Assembly (NCBI RefSeq): GCF_032062105.1
Contig: NW_026933569.1
Location: 1-58,805 of the forward strand
Length of the DNA: 58,805 bases
From: Saccostrea cucullata
Taxonomy: Eukaryota
Reading direction: 5' to 3'
The notes under the pieces were generated by a model. It had not been told where the DNA came from. It ran no database searches and was given only the letters and a program-made list of their open reading frames with translations. Below are positions 37,405 to 52,334 of the stretch, piece by piece (within the stretch, counting starts at the first letter, position 1; each line of letters opens with the position of its first letter). Both the position numbers and the translations under genes were made by a program.

Positions 37405-39849
37405 GGTCATATGAATGTTCTTTTATCATTATAACATTCACATTCAAAAGAAACTTTTATACTTTCTTTACTTTTCACGATAGATTTTGGTCTCAGATAT
37501 CAAAAAACATTTATGCAAACACTTAATCCACATTTACTAATTTTCATGACACATGATGGGTAAACGTTCAGACATGATTAGATGTACTCGTAATATATAC
37601 GACGAGTTCGTTAAATGTCTTTGTGCTGAATCGATTTATTTCCCTTCAAGAGTATTGTCCTTTTAACAAAATGAACAATCCTTAGAAAGACCTTCCCTTT
37701 CAATTCTGCTTTGTAAAGACTTTAATTAAAAAATGATATCAACAAATTCATCAAAGTTTGTCTATTCTGAATAATTTAGATAAAAGTTTTAGATAAAAAC
37801 AAATTGATATTTTAACATAGGATTTTTTATTCAGGAAATACTATCGAGTTTCTGGGGAAAAAAAAGTTTAAACTTTACAGCAACACATTATGAAAACTTG
37901 ATGACTTAAAACACGGTAACGTCCTTCATTTATGTAACAATATTCTATTATTACAGAGTGTATCTGCATTACAAGGGCATATAAAATTTCTAAAGGAGGC
38001 AAGCTCATGACAAATAAGTTAATGATACGGAGAAATTTACTGTCTCGTTTTAAGTCAACATTTCACAAAATTGTAGGTCAATACAAATATCTTGTCAGCA
38101 AATGCAATTTTTCATGAAATCGAATGTTAGATCATGTTTTCATAACATTGTCAAGTCATTATTTTCACATCAAGATTTCTACTGATTTTCTCTTTTACTC
38201 AAGTTCAATGTCTGAAAATTGTTATCTTTCAGTAAGTTTTTGGGTTTTGATATACTACTGCAGTTCGAAATGTAAAAAAAATCATGTTATATTTATATCC
38301 TACAGATTTAAAATAAACAGCATAATTTTTCATGGTCAAATGATAAATGATATCAATAACTGTATCTTATGCTATATATAATACTTGGCATGACCCAGCA
38401 CACATTTGATCATATTTATTCAAGCTTAACATTAAGAAAATTTAGAAATGAATGGTTTTATGTTCCAACGTTCTGGATGGACAAGAGCATTGTGAATTTT
38501 GTTTGTTTATTTTTTTAAAAAGAAAAATATGTTCTACCATAATAAATATAAAAAAACACGACAACTCTAATATATCATTACTGCTAGGTGAATTTGAATT
38601 TTAACGACGTCCACTAGGTAGATCTATGATATGAATAAGATAAAAGAAACGAATCCTACCACGATTAACTGCAAATATTTATATCTCCACGAAGAAAAAC
38701 TCGATCCAGTCAATGAAAAATTATAAAACGTTACACAGATAACAAAAAAATATGGCCATTGAAGTGCGCGTTTTACATGAACACAATAGCCCTTTTTATA
38801 AGACACTTTTATTTTTTGAACATTGCAAATTGGAGTCTACATACTATTATTTATTTTTTTTAAAAAAAGAATATAATATTGATATCTATTTATTATTTTT
38901 TTTTATCAATATTTAAATCTGAAATTGTATACGATAAAACGTGAATTTCGCTGGATGAGAGCTTAATTATCCCAGGTTTTCAAATCTTCATAGTCCTATT
39001 GTACAAGCTGGATGTAATTTGACTCGTTATTTACCAGTTCTGTAATATTTTTGTCTGTAATGAAACCACAAAAATATAATATATTAGAATTTTTTTTGAA
39101 ATCTGGATAAAAATTTACATTACATTGTAATTTATGTGAAATCATTCCTAATTTATTTCTATATGAAATCGTTACTAATTACGTAATAAATTATGTTGAA
39201 ATCGTTCATTTCCAAGGAGAAAGTTTTAACTACCAGATCGTCATTAGGAGCTATCTCCATTTACAAACAATGAGGTAATCGGAGAAATATATGATTGTCA
39301 AGCGATTTTAAGGGATTTAAACTCTCCAACACCTAGTTCGTATCTACGGCGGAGGCAAGCAACAACGTGAGTGCCTGGAATTGGAAAATTAATAATAATG
39401 CAGTTTTTTAAATCGATACATGATTTAAACCCGTCGCCTGAAAGAAGTCCGAAGGCTGGCTTTATCCTAAGATTAACTCATTGTTAGTTTCACCCAGGTT
39501 AATATATTTTATATATGTGTATTAATATTAGCAGATTATAGATCAATACACGTTGTGACATATACGGACATATTTGTTTCAATGTTCGCATGGATTTAGA
39601 TACGTAAGCCTTCTTTAGCTGTTTATGGAATTAAGAAGGAAAACTTTTTATAGATGTCATCTAATTAATGTGTAGAAAAACATTGAACTGGTGAAGTACA
39701 AAAATGGCTTGACTCATTAAAAAGTGCCGAGGAGTAGTTCTTAATAACTTGCTTTATTTTAGTTCGTGATTATTTTTTTTTTCCGTTACTTTCGTTCCTT
39801 TCATTTGTGGATTTGTAAACCATAAGCAGTTCGGAGGTGAAAGAGGAAA

Positions 39850-42800
39850 ATGTTATCTAGCTTTTCCTGGACATCACTTGCAATTTGTCTCATCTTCGTA
39901 AGATTATCAGGTACGTTTAACAATTTAAAATCAAATTCAAAATTTTATTTTTAACTTCCTCATGTGATGCTTTATCAAAATATATTTTATGTGCTGGAAA
40001 GAGGACTAAAACCGTTTTTGACAAAATATTTATTCATGAAGTAAGTCGCATGATAAAACTCACTCAGCATATGTTTAGCACAAAGATGATTGGGATTTCT
40101 TTTCAAGCATTTGCATTGGAATTACAAAGCACTCAGAAAAAAATTAAGAAAGATCATACAAGTAGTAAACATCGATTTAGGGAGGAATATCATTCTCTCT
40201 CTTTCTCTGATGGGACACATATCTCTAAATATCTAACATAAAATCTTAACATCTTTTTATTTGTTAAGTGATATTAATCTCAAAAATTTATTAATCTTTA
40301 ATCTAAACAAATGTGAATTATGCTCTTAACAAAACAACATGAGTAAAAAAAGCTTCAATATTATGTATAATTTATAGTATAACAGGGCTTAGGCGAACAA
40401 AGATTAAGACTCTGACAAAATCTTCTATTCAACCATTTTCCATTTAAAATTCGAAAACCCATGGTTGGGAAAAAGTCGCACATAAAAAACATGAAAAGAC
40501 AAGATCAAAATGACAAGGCATGAAATGCATTGTCAATTACTCTATTATTTATTTAAATATGCCAGTGAAAATAAATTTCAAAATGAAAACCAAATTGTCA
40601 CTAGAAATATGATTTTATAAAAGACGAAAAACAAGAAAGAAATAGTGTTTTCCTTCTATGAAATATGGAGTAAAGGGAATAGATTATTTGTCATTGTCTT
40701 TTATGTATTTTTATTAAAAGACAGAAATCAAACGTATTACAGCATTATTTATATATTGAATAACTTGCTTGAAACCTTAGCCCTCATTTTCAATTAAAGT
40801 TCTAAAGGATATACAGACAAAAAGATAACATGGTTCTTGGAATTTCATATGCTAATATCAGAAATCGATTCAGCATACCGATTGAGTATAAAACAATTAA
40901 ATTCTGATCTCTGTCCACTCAAAGTCAATCTGAGTAATGCACAAGTTTATTTAACCATTGATTCAATTTAATGAACAAACATAATGAACCCAAGTAACAA
41001 AATGGGGATTGTTCAATTTGTAAAGCGTTAACTTAACATTGATGAAATTCTCGTGTTTTCAAGCAACTATAGAAAATCTACATCCTATTTGCTGCAAATA
41101 TAAAAACGATCAACCCATGGTGCCTGGGATATTTAATTCCAACGTGTACAAAAAGCGTACATTGATTTTCCCTCAGCTTTATCTTTTATTGAAATTTTCT
41201 CTTGATTTTTCAATTGGAAGAGACACGCTTCATTATAGATTGACAAGATGTTCTGTTTTAAGGCAAGTATGTGACTTGCATGATGACGATGCTAAAATTA
41301 AGATATGTTTACCACGAAACTGGCATACTGACATGTCAAATGAAAAGTTTAATAGATTTGTTAAGTGTAATAATTAAGCGTTTGCAAATACTCACATTAT
41401 GCTAAAGTGCTCTTTAGCTTTGCTGAATTTTAAAAAATGCACTGTTTCTATATATTTTTAAAATATATATAATAATGTAAGCTTTTGTCTTCGGTAAGTA
41501 GACGGGATTAGGATGTAATGCTATTTATGTGAAAATAAGACAAAATCTCAAAAGCTTCAGACTCATTATGTTGAAACTTGACACTTTTTATGCTATGTTT
41601 TATTAAAACGTAATTCTGCGTCGTAAAATACATAAAGTGCACATTTTCTCTTTTCAATTGTTTGTATTCATACTTTACAACTTAACAAAGAACTCCAGGG
41701 TTGCATGTTTAAGAAGCATACATTTTATCAAAGCTTTTCATTGTGCAATTTCTAAATCCATTTGTCATTTTATAATCATTATGCATTATGCACCTTAGTG
41801 GATTTTGAAAGTAGACTATTAAACAATGTGATTAAATGGACAAGGCAAACACACGCACAGTTCTTATGTACGATATAAGATTTTAAATCCCATACGAAAC
41901 CGTCATGATGTCATTGAAAAATGAAAACAAAATGCAATCAAAAATGCACCTGGCCCCAGGATCATGAAACAGACTTAGACATGTTAAACCTAAGTCACAT
42001 TTTCAATCACCTGTAAAATGTTTCTTAATTATTGATCTTAAATTTGCAAATAACAGCACTTTCATGAATCAAAATTGAAACACATTTCAATTTTGATCTG
42101 TTTGCCTTCTATAAAATTTAAAAAAAGCGTGAGAATTTTGACTTAAGCATAAGATGTTTCATGATCCCGGGGTCAGGACTATAATAATCAGAACTCTATT
42201 CTCTGTCATGAGAGGTAATTTTAAACCATTTTGTCTGAGGACAAAGTTAACTTAGCTAGCATTTTAAAACTTTGGTCTTTAAGAGTTGATCTTAAGACTG
42301 AATATTAATGTTTTACACACAATTGCAGAAAAGAGTTCTCTATCGAAAATAAGTAGAATCACTTATTTGAAGACTGTAATTTATTTTTCATTGAATTTTG
42401 ATCTGCTCGTGAACTCTGAGTTAAATGACCAAGGACTTCTGACAAAATTGGCCATATTTTGTACACCAAATATTCATACATATAAATCAATTATATGTAT
42501 ATTAAAAGTTAAAAAACTTGCTTATTGCCTTATTTTGTATGCATGCCTTGAAGTATAAATTTTGGGCCATTTCTTGCGAAAGTAATGAAAATTGCATGGT
42601 TTTCTGGCAACTTATACAAGAATTCTGCTGTTATGAAATTTAAACTGAGAACCCCAGTTTTCCCTCCCCGATGATGAAAACAGTATACATGTATGAGTAA
42701 TGCAAAAGATGAAGAAAACGAACAGTGATAAATATATAAAACACATTAAAAGAATACAAACATATCAAGAGGGCATAAAACACGAGTCCCTGCAAATTGC

Positions 42801-45800
42801 AGAGGTAGGATCAGGTGCCATGAGTTTTGTTGATTGAATAGAGTTCTTAATGTCCATAAGGAGGTTACATAATTATTATTGCCTTGTATTCAGTAGGTAG
42901 ACGTTTCAAATCATTTTCTCTAAAAAAAAAAAACACCAAAAAACTTTTGATTAATTTCGATTTATCTAGTGACATTTGCAACATGACAACTGAAAAGACC
43001 AAACAGTTATATTCTAAAATATATGTATTGTAAGAAATTTTTTAAATCAAGAGATGCAGTTAACAATATGGAATTTAGAAAGAAAATAATCTGTGAAAAT
43101 GTATTTCATTGTTTTCGAAGTGAATATGAAATTTTTAAAGAAAAGAAAATTTAAGCCATACGGCTATTATTGCTTTTGTAGCAGATTTTATAATTATGGC
43201 ATGCAGTAATACTTCAGATGTAGTTTACACAAATTGACCCATTAAACTTTGGAGGTGGTCAGGTGAAGGGATTTAATTACCCTATATAATTTGCAATAAA
43301 GTTTAAATAGTACCACCCCGGCGATTTTAAAGATTCATAACAAAATAAAAAGGAAATGATGTGACACTCCTGCATTTTTAAAAGAACAATGTAAATTGAA
43401 ATAGATTTGTTCCAAAAGTAAAGCAATTGACATTTTGGGTACATTGTGTTCTTGCAAATTCTAACTGCATTAAAGAATTCTTTTGAGAATGACAACATAT
43501 TAAATAACCTCTGAAGTTAATAAGAGCTAACTAAAAATAATTTTTAACATTTACTGAAATTCACAATGCCTCTCATCTTCATGTTTTAGATAAAATATTC
43601 CAGTGGATTATTTTAATATAACACTAGGATGCAGCATTCCATAAAATCGTTTAGCTGATAGTATTTGATTGCAGAAAAACTCAAATTTTGTGGCAAGTAA
43701 TTTAGACCTACAAAGGTCATTATAGATATATAATAAATATAAAAAAAATAAAGATACCTCTCTGCAAAGGCTGAAATAAATTTTTTTTTTAAAAAAGTGC
43801 TAAAGAGAGATTGAAAAAATTCCCTAATTGGGTTATTTTTAGTTTAATCATGAAATATGGAAATTACAGACGGTATTCAAGCTCACAAATTCATTCAAGC
43901 AATGCCAATAAAGAGCTGAGTAAAGTCTGACCTCTAAATCAGCAGGGATTGGATCAGGTGCCATGGAGGAGTAATTAAGTAAACCAAGCCGACTGGTCAC
44001 AATATCCGTGTGCTCCTTGTCAGGAACAGGGGAAAATTCCGTAGACTTAATTAATATATACATGTAGATTGTATTTACTTACAAATCATTGTCGACCAAA
44101 GGATTTGCGAAATGATGACTGCTGATATTCTTGTTTCATCAAATTGATAGTCAAAAGCTTACCTTGTTCATGAAATTGTTCGTACTTAGAGTCATGCTCT
44201 TGCGCATCTTGTCAATTGAGAAAATATACTAGTACCCTATTTGAGGCGATCAGTGTATACTACCACATACATGTAAGTGAGGGAGGTTGACAAGTGAAAA
44301 AATGAAGTCATTACGTTTATCACGAAGTGTTATAGTTAGGTGACCATTTACGTTTTTTGTAGTAAAAAATCCAAATATGATGATTTGAAATAACTTTCTT
44401 GATTTCTTTTTTTTCAGAAAGCGCCTGCACATTTCCATCAGAGATAACGGGCGATTGGTACAGCGCTTATAAAGGAAAACTGTCATTCAATTCTACCCAT
44501 TTAACGGGATATCCCATTTACATGTCAGCCGCCGTGCAATCATTAGATTTTGAGTGCTACATAAACAGTGATAGAAAATATCTGTTAAGGTATTTGTGAA
44601 AAATAGGTTTGCATTTTTATAAAGGAAGATTTAAATTATGTTTTACTATGAATCAAAAAATGAAAGATCACATAAAGAAAACACATTTAATGATTCCGAC
44701 GATATTGGAATTTTTCAAGATCAAGTGCGCCATGATTACATAATGTTACTGCGAGCTAATATATGCAATATCATTGTATGATTAGGTTGGTGATAGCACA
44801 TAATAATTAAAATGTGGATTTTGTGGGGTAGTTAAAATTGAATTTCTTAACTCCAACGCCAGTCGAAAAAAGACCATGAAATATTTTATATTCAACAAAA
44901 TCCATGGTATTAATATTTCAAATTATACAATCCAATACTAAACACATTTAGCAAAACTTTGCACATTATTTATTACTATGGTTAAATTCACATCCTATAG
45001 TTTAATAGGTTTAATAATTTGACATGAAAATAAATGGGATTAAAAATAATCGATAATTAGTTGTCCAGTGTAGTATGAAGCATCAATTGTAAAAGATTTG
45101 TGAATTTTCAAGAATTTAAAAAAAAAAATGAATAATTGCAGATAAGGTTATCTTATCTCATTTTTAAAATCCTTATTTTAGAGCAACAGAGACAGCCCTT
45201 GTGTTTGGTCAATACATTCGTGGTTATTTATGTGTAGAACTATGGAGAGTTTCCAGTACAAAGTATTACTATTACCACGGAACAAGTAAGTAAAACAAAC
45301 TCAGTATCATATACGGTTCATGAATGAGCATGATTATATTTCAGCTGGTATCAAAAAATCAAGGTAATAGTTTCTATGACTTTTTTTGTTGAGTTTACAA
45401 TAAAACATGACTTGGCAACGTAAGTCATAGACTTGAAATTCAATTTCCTTTTATCTTAAGTTTATAATCACAATTTAACTAATCAATATTTTCTAAAAAG
45501 CCATCAGTTTGACCAATAATGACAATATATTTGGTCGTGTGGATGCCGTGACGGTAGACCTTACAAGCGCTTGTAATGAAGTTGAGCCCTACAGTACTGG
45601 AAAATTTATTACATTAGTCAAGGACGGTATGGAACTCCTTGCCTTACACCTGAAACTAATTTTATCTCGCAACTACACCGTTTGATAAATAATGTCCCGT
45701 TTCTTAAATGCAGAGTTTGTTTATGACACTAAACAATGATTACCACGTATTAAAAGGATACTGAAATGTTTTTACTAATGTTCATACACTTTGAATCATC

Positions 45801-48619
45801 TTGTATGTCATATGAGTTTTTAATCAGCGATATCAATTTCACTCACACCTACATTATATAAGTGATAAAAAGATAAATACCGAGCATTTCTTCATTGCTA
45901 TGTTTCAAAGAAAATTTTGAGTCCTTAATTGGTATTCCAAGACGTGATTTTCCAGAACTTAACGTCGATCGAAACTTTAGAAGAAGAATACTGAGAGGTT
46001 ACTTTCAGGCATCAAAACGCTTTTAAATGGGTCTAACGAACTTAGAAAAAAAAAACTTTGTAGGAGAATACTAAAACATGTTTTTCAGGCGCAATAAATC
46101 TTTAAAGGTTTAATGATTTTTATTGTCATTTAGCAATATCTCCTACCAACAACGACCACGTTAAAGGAGTTATTGATATTCTTAAAAATGGAACGTTAGC
46201 GGAGACTTGTGATATAGCAGAACCGTACAACACGACATCATTTGTAATGCTTGTCAAAGATGGTAAACATCGGCAAATATACATAGTTTTTGCGTATTAT
46301 TTTGTGTTGTGAAGAATTTGTTTTCTCTATACAAAATATCTATTGTTGTCCCCTTATAATCTGCTGTTATCTGGCAATTTTTACCTCTTTTCCTACCTTT
46401 AGCTCAATTTGATTATTTTGAATCTCCAAACACGTTTTTGGTATAGTTGAAAAATTGCACGTGGGCATTTGAGCACTTTATACACTGCATTTGTCATATT
46501 ATTTTCATGTATGTGATACCTTTTTTGATAAAGCCTGCACAATGTGATTTTTGCATCATTTTCTTCTTGTTTTGTTCACGGCTCTTGATTTTGTTTTTAT
46601 GTGCTAGATATTTGTCAGCATTCACTTTGAGCGAAAAGCACATGCACAATTAATCAAATGCAGATCCAAAGGTGAGAGAATGTTATTTGAATATTCCATT
46701 ATATGTTTAAAGAAATTATCAATTTACTCCTCAAAATTGAATTAAATATGTAACTTTTATCATGCAAGTGCAATAAAGAATAGAATTTAGATTTACTGCG
46801 GTAAATAAAAAAATAATAAATCTGCGTCTGTCACAGTAATAATAAATTTAATGCATGAATTAATTGAACAAACAGTCATAACTTGTGATAACGATAAAAG
46901 CAAAAATCCAAAAAGTGTTTTTGGTCGAATTATAATATTACTTGTCAGAAGCATTATCCAGCAAATAACTTATGAATACTAATTGGCATTAAAATAAGAT
47001 TTATGTTAAAACTTCAGTGTACCTTTCTTACATTAGGTACAATTACGACGGGAGCCTCAGAGGCTACGTGTGCGACTGATCTGTTGGCTTCATATAGCTC
47101 TGTTTCAATAACCGACTCTACCGGAAGTACGTCATGTTCCAGTAACACAATGGATGGCTGTACCGACAGGACAGAGATGAGGTTCACGTATGACGGTGGA
47201 TGTGGAAACACACATAAATTTTCAAGTAAAATCAATTTTACATCTTTTAAGGTCTATATTATTAGATTTATTTCGAATATGTCCTGAGAGACAATATTTT
47301 ACTACTTACGTCATACAAATTACTCTATACATATTAAAATGGAGAAAAATATATTATACTACAATATTAACCAAAATTTTTCAGTTTAATATATTCAAAA
47401 ACAAAATTTTCTTTCTTTTATCTGTGTGTTGGGTCGATTCATTGAACCTGGTAGTATTAGAAATGGATGTTAAAGGATCTTTTTTATTTGAATTATTATT
47501 GAAGAAGTAAATTATTGTCATATTGTAGCTGGTGGTTTCTGGACCTGCATGCATAGTATAAGTAGCGGAGGAAGCACCTACCTCTCGCTCTGGAACAATG
47601 ATAGTACAGTTGTTGGGACCACGTCCTACGCATACACGTCTGGAGTAAACTACCAGTTTGCCTGTTTAGTAAGTATCACGAGTCATATAATTACAACCAA
47701 AACAAAAAGTTAGTCTAATTTCAATTTCTTTATTCGTCTGTTGATACATAGGTTTACCGTTTTGATAGTCTTATTTAAAGCAAGTTAGTCCTTTCCTGTT
47801 CTGATATGCATGGGTATATTGTTTTGCAGGTTATCAGTGGTGTGTCCGCCTCCATGTTCCCAAACTATTGCTCAGACAGTACACAGACAGCATCCACAGT
47901 GTCATCTCCAGGTCTGACAATGTCATTTACAGGAGCTACTCAGACTTGTTGTAAGTAATTTACATTACCTTTGCATGCTGTTACTCTTAAAATAGTTCCT
48001 CTTTGTATCATACGTGTATAATAATACTAAGCAACATATATTGGCGCTGCTTTTATTATTTATAAGAATGCATTAAGATAATAAACCATAGTAATGTAAG
48101 TGATTTTTATTTCAAGAAACAAAGAACATCTCCAGCAGGAGAATGTCTATAATGCTTTAGATCTTACTTTCAGATGATGAAGTAGAAGGTGGATCAAGTG
48201 CTGTGTACTACATCACAATAGTATTAGGTGCCTTATTTATCATAGCCTTAATTATATTGATTATTATTCTGAAAAAGAAAGGCTATTGTTCTCTTGACAA
48301 ATGCAAAAAGCAGCGACCCAGTTCACCAGAAAGCAGTGTGGAGCAGGGAGAACACGTGACTAACACAGTGTTCAGAATGAACAAATTAGATCCAATCCCA
48401 GGATTCAAAGCAAAGAGGCCACTTCGAATTGGGCCAATTGTGGAGCCTAATCTCGACATCCTTCCAAAGGTGGAGCCCCTGTATGCGTTGTCAGACAAGA
48501 AGGACACCAGTAAACCTGCAAGACGAGGTTCGCTATCCAGTCTATTCACTTGTGATGTTTCTGCATTTTTAATTGATAGACATATTCCTCCACCTGAAAC
48601 TGTTAAACGTAAAACATAA
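39850..48619 (+). CDS. Gene C: paralogous Cys-rich type I membrane protein, ~452-453 aa, with duplicated exon 4
   Basis: Exons 39850-39910 (MLSSFSWTSLAICLIFVRLS), 44418-44589, 45182-45285, 4a 45501-45626, 4b 46134-46262, 47037-47225, 47529-47668, 47830-47950 and 48174-48619. Exon lengths 172/104/189/121 are identical to gene B. TM YYITIVLGALFIIALIILIIIL-KKKG. Confidence 0.9.
41949..42177. mobile_element. MITE with ~23-bp TIRs in intron 1 of gene C
   Basis: CCTGGCCCCAGGATCATGAAACA vs TGTTTCATGATCCCGGGGTCAGG (21/23). Confidence 0.75.
42705..42822 (-). repeat. Dispersed repeat, probably the 3' tail of a non-LTR retroelement; related copies at ~36783-36875, ~43848-44020 and ~56630-56790
   Basis: Shared pattern GATGAAGA(T)AACGAACAGTGAT...AATACAAA...AACACG...AGAGGT(A/G)GGATCAGGTGCC...GGAGGAGTAA, seen wholly or partly in four places. 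The strand is inferred from the tail orientation. Confidence 0.55.
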
Positions 48620-49971
48620 AGTCTTATCTGTTGTTCACTTTACATACGTTGAATATTTTTAAAATGTTAAAGAATAACTATATTTGGAGCTTATTGCATT
48701 AATTATATATAATACTAATTTTGTGGATACTGTGTTTTTACTGTGCCATGCCTATCACTGTACTAACTTTTTTCTAACATGTGTGAATATGTAGTGTTAT
48801 AGAGGATCAATCATCAACTGTCTTTCTATGTATAATATACAATACTAGACATCAACTGATTGCCTAAATGTATGTATTCCATTTTCCATTTTAATCATCT
48901 CATTCACAGTACGTAACAATGCAATAACTACATTTTTATTTATGAATTATTTAATGAATAAGATAAATATGCAATAGTGAGTATTCATGTGAGAGAGAGA
49001 GAAGGAAAAAGAGAAAGAAAGAGTACTATATAATTTTAATATATTCTTTTAATTTATTATTATTGAGTTACACCTCTTTGTCCTATTTCAAAAGCATTTC
49101 CTTGATTTGGATATTTAGTATGTGTATTCCTTTAAACACATTGTCCTTTAAGTTTCCAATAATTTTCAACGAGGAAAGTCATGCCGATTCCTTCCAAACC
49201 ATTCTACCTTCTTCGACCCAAAGATGCCACACTATAGCTCAAATGATCCATTCCTATCTAATGTAATACAAATTAATAAAATACGTCTCAAACTTTGGTA
49301 TTGTAGGACTAAGGGAAATCCATCGTTCAGAAGACCGCTTTCTTTACCATTCATACGATCAGTTATATCGTTCATTTGAGAAACTATACAGTTCAGCGGA
49401 GTCTGTCTATTATAACGGAGTCGTCTGTGAAAGTCCTAATTACGCAAACTGTGCTTCCGCGATAAGAGAGAGTCCCATTAACGAAGAATCGAAATAAATG
49501 AGCTGTACAAATTCAAGCTGAAATTGACTTTAATTTAAACGACCATATCTGTCAAATCATTTTGTGTATATATAACACGTTTTGTTTCTATTTATTTGTT
49601 TAAATATGTTTTTATTCGTTGTTTTCGTTGTTGTAGAGTATATAGCTATTATACACTCTCTTAGTGGGTATATGCTTTCCCCGGACTGACTGTGTTGAGT
49701 TTGACAATTTAGAATACATTTAGTTATGAGCTGTGTGGTGTGTCAAGGAGTTTCGTTTTATGCTTTGATCAAATGATTCACGGGTCATTTAATTAAGCTA
49801 ATTAACTGTGATATAAAGAATTGTGATAAAAAATGTGATACATGTTTTAAACTATGTTGTGATAAATGCAATAAAGTTTGTTCTCAAAAACTAACACGAT
49901 TGTTTGTGTCGATGATTAACACCACATGCTTACAGCTTATTTAGTTTCACGTCACTTGATTAGAACTGTAG

Positions 49972-50513
49972 AAGTCAGAATCTTCTGACCACGCTGTCAT
50001 AGCAATAGTTCACAGCACACATAGTAACTGGAGCACCTCTCTGCACGGTGAGTTAAATTCTGATCTTCTTTTAACTAATCAATGTCATCAACAACAATTC
50101 GCGCATGCGCAATGAATTAAAAGATTTATTTTCCATTTGCAGACGATGATACAATATCTGTGGACAGCGTAGATGAGGACAATCCATTTAATTTCTACAA
50201 TATCGCTAAGTTCGTGCTTCTTCCCAAAATTGTCTCCAAGAAGAGTTTTGATGTTGGAGCTCTTGCAGATCCGAAACGAAACACACTTCACGATATCTTA
50301 GAGATAAAGAAATCAAAACTTAAAAGAGAAAGCAAGGCTTCCGAGGAGCAGGAGAAAAAAGAGGACAAAAAGGAGGAAAAAGACAAAGAGAAGGACAAGG
50401 AAAAGGACAAGGAAAAGGAGAAAGACAAGAAAAAGACAACAGGAAAACCAAAGCTTGAAAAACAAAGTTCGAAAGAACCTGGGAATAAAAATCGTAAAAT
50501 GTCTAAAAAGTGA
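49972..50513 (+). CDS. Gene D: small protein with Lys/Glu/Asp-rich tail (5' end uncertain)
   Basis: Exons 49972-50047 (KSESSDHAVIAIVHSTHSNWSTSLH, G|gtgagt) and 50143-50513 (ttgcag|; DDDTISVDSVDEDNPFNF...KEKDKEKDK...). A possible first exon is 49726-49749 (MSCVVCQG, weak donor). Similar to gene E across the same phase-1 junction. Confidence 0.7.
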
Positions 50514-51975
50514 ACAAATGTTCATATGCATAGTATGAATTAGATGTATAAATGGCAAAATGTGTAATCCAAGACATTGTTTTGGTTTTTGAATGAATGA
50601 CTACTTGAGATGTTAAATATGGTTAATTTGTTAATGTTTTAGGGGAATGTTGTTATTTTATTATTTTTAACTTTAATAAGACACATTGGTGCAATTGTAT
50701 ATATAATATTAATTATGCTGAAGGATATATCACACGGTATCAACTTCAGTTTCCCTTTGCGAATCATCTGATATATGAATCATCTGTACAAAATTTCAAT
50801 TCCAATTCACTTTGTGTTCGTCTTTTCTTTTTTTGTATTTTTATTGCTTGTAATATATACATGAGTTCAGATTTACAATGTATTTACGATTTGGATGGTT
50901 TAAGTTTTACAATTTTGCCTAAAATAGATACCTTATTCCAAAGGGGAGAGGGGTCTGGGAATATTCAATGCTTATGTGTGTACTCAATATTTCAGGACAT
51001 GTGGGAGTAACATATACAATCGCATTGAACAATTTTTTGTCCGTTTTAAAAGGGTCAGATTAAAACAAATAGGCGAAATGGTCTCTAGATGGCTTCAATG
51101 AGACCTTCAGTATTTCCTTTTTTTATCTTTCGAACTTATGATCTTATATGTCACCAACACAAAAAAAAAACATATTTGCCAGAATTTGGAATTATATATG
51201 GATGATTTTTTGGCAAACGTTCACGTTCTCTCTGATGTAATCCAAGTAATGCAACTAAAGTTTTCTTTTCTGGTTGATGGTACTATGTACGATTATCAAG
51301 GCCAATCCCCTTTGTCAAACTACATGGAACCTCAAGGTTAAAAGATTCTAAATTTGGAATTTTAATAAACTTATTTTGATACACTGTTAAAGTCAGGGAC
51401 TGTCAAAATCGTCTGGTCAAAATACAAATTGTAACTTGAAAGGTATTTTGAACGCAAATCTATATGTTCTTTAAGAAATAAGAAAAGGTGTTCCGATAAA
51501 GTGTAATATATTTTGGAGACTTCGAAAGAATTCTCTCAGAACGTCTATCTATTTATTTGTACTCATAAAAGGATGGCTTATTTTTCGTCTATGTGAAGAA
51601 GTTTCTGACAAGAATTTTCAGATGGACCCTTTTTGCTCTTCATGGAGCCGATTGTTTGTTACATTGTTGTTTTTATGAAGCTAATTTACCTTTCATATGA
51701 AATGAATGAATATAATAAAGTTGGCGACTTCATTTTTTTGTTATATATATATTTTTAATTTAAACAATATTTTATTATGAATAAACATAATTGGATTGGA
51801 CAGCAGGCACTGCCTATATAAGTCCTTTCCACGATACAAGATCAAGTCATACATGTAGAAGTAAATATTATTAATATAACATTGAAAAATATAAATATAT
51901 ACATGCATATATTCAGTAGAAATGCGTATGACAAGGCAAATTAAGGAGAATAAAAAAAGAGAAATATATGAGCTG

Positions 51976-52162
51976 ATGATATAATTTAGATTTATTATAT
52001 TTTGACCAAGGAACATTTCAAGCAGAAAGCATTTGTAAGATATTTAGTAAAGTAAATATCATATACAATAATGATATAATTTAAATTTGTTATATTTTGA
52101 CCAAGGAACATTTCAAGCAGAAAGCATTTGTAAGATATTTAGTAAGGTAAATACCATATACA
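51976..52162. repeat. Tandem duplication, 2 x ~95 bp
   Basis: TGATATAATTT...ATATTTTGACCAAGGAACATTTCAAGCAGAAAGC at ~51977 and ~52072. Confidence 0.9.
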
Positions 52163-52334
52163 AAGAAGAAAATGCTTCTTTCTTCTCCTTCAACAATTTA
52201 TTTTAAAAAGTTTCATATTATACTCAATGTTGCACTGTTCTAAATACTAGAAGCGGTGTAATTAAGTCACCTTTGGAGTACGTTATATGTTGTTCAAGTA
52301 AGCTGCCCTGGGGAGCTGTTAAAAAGTCTGCTTT

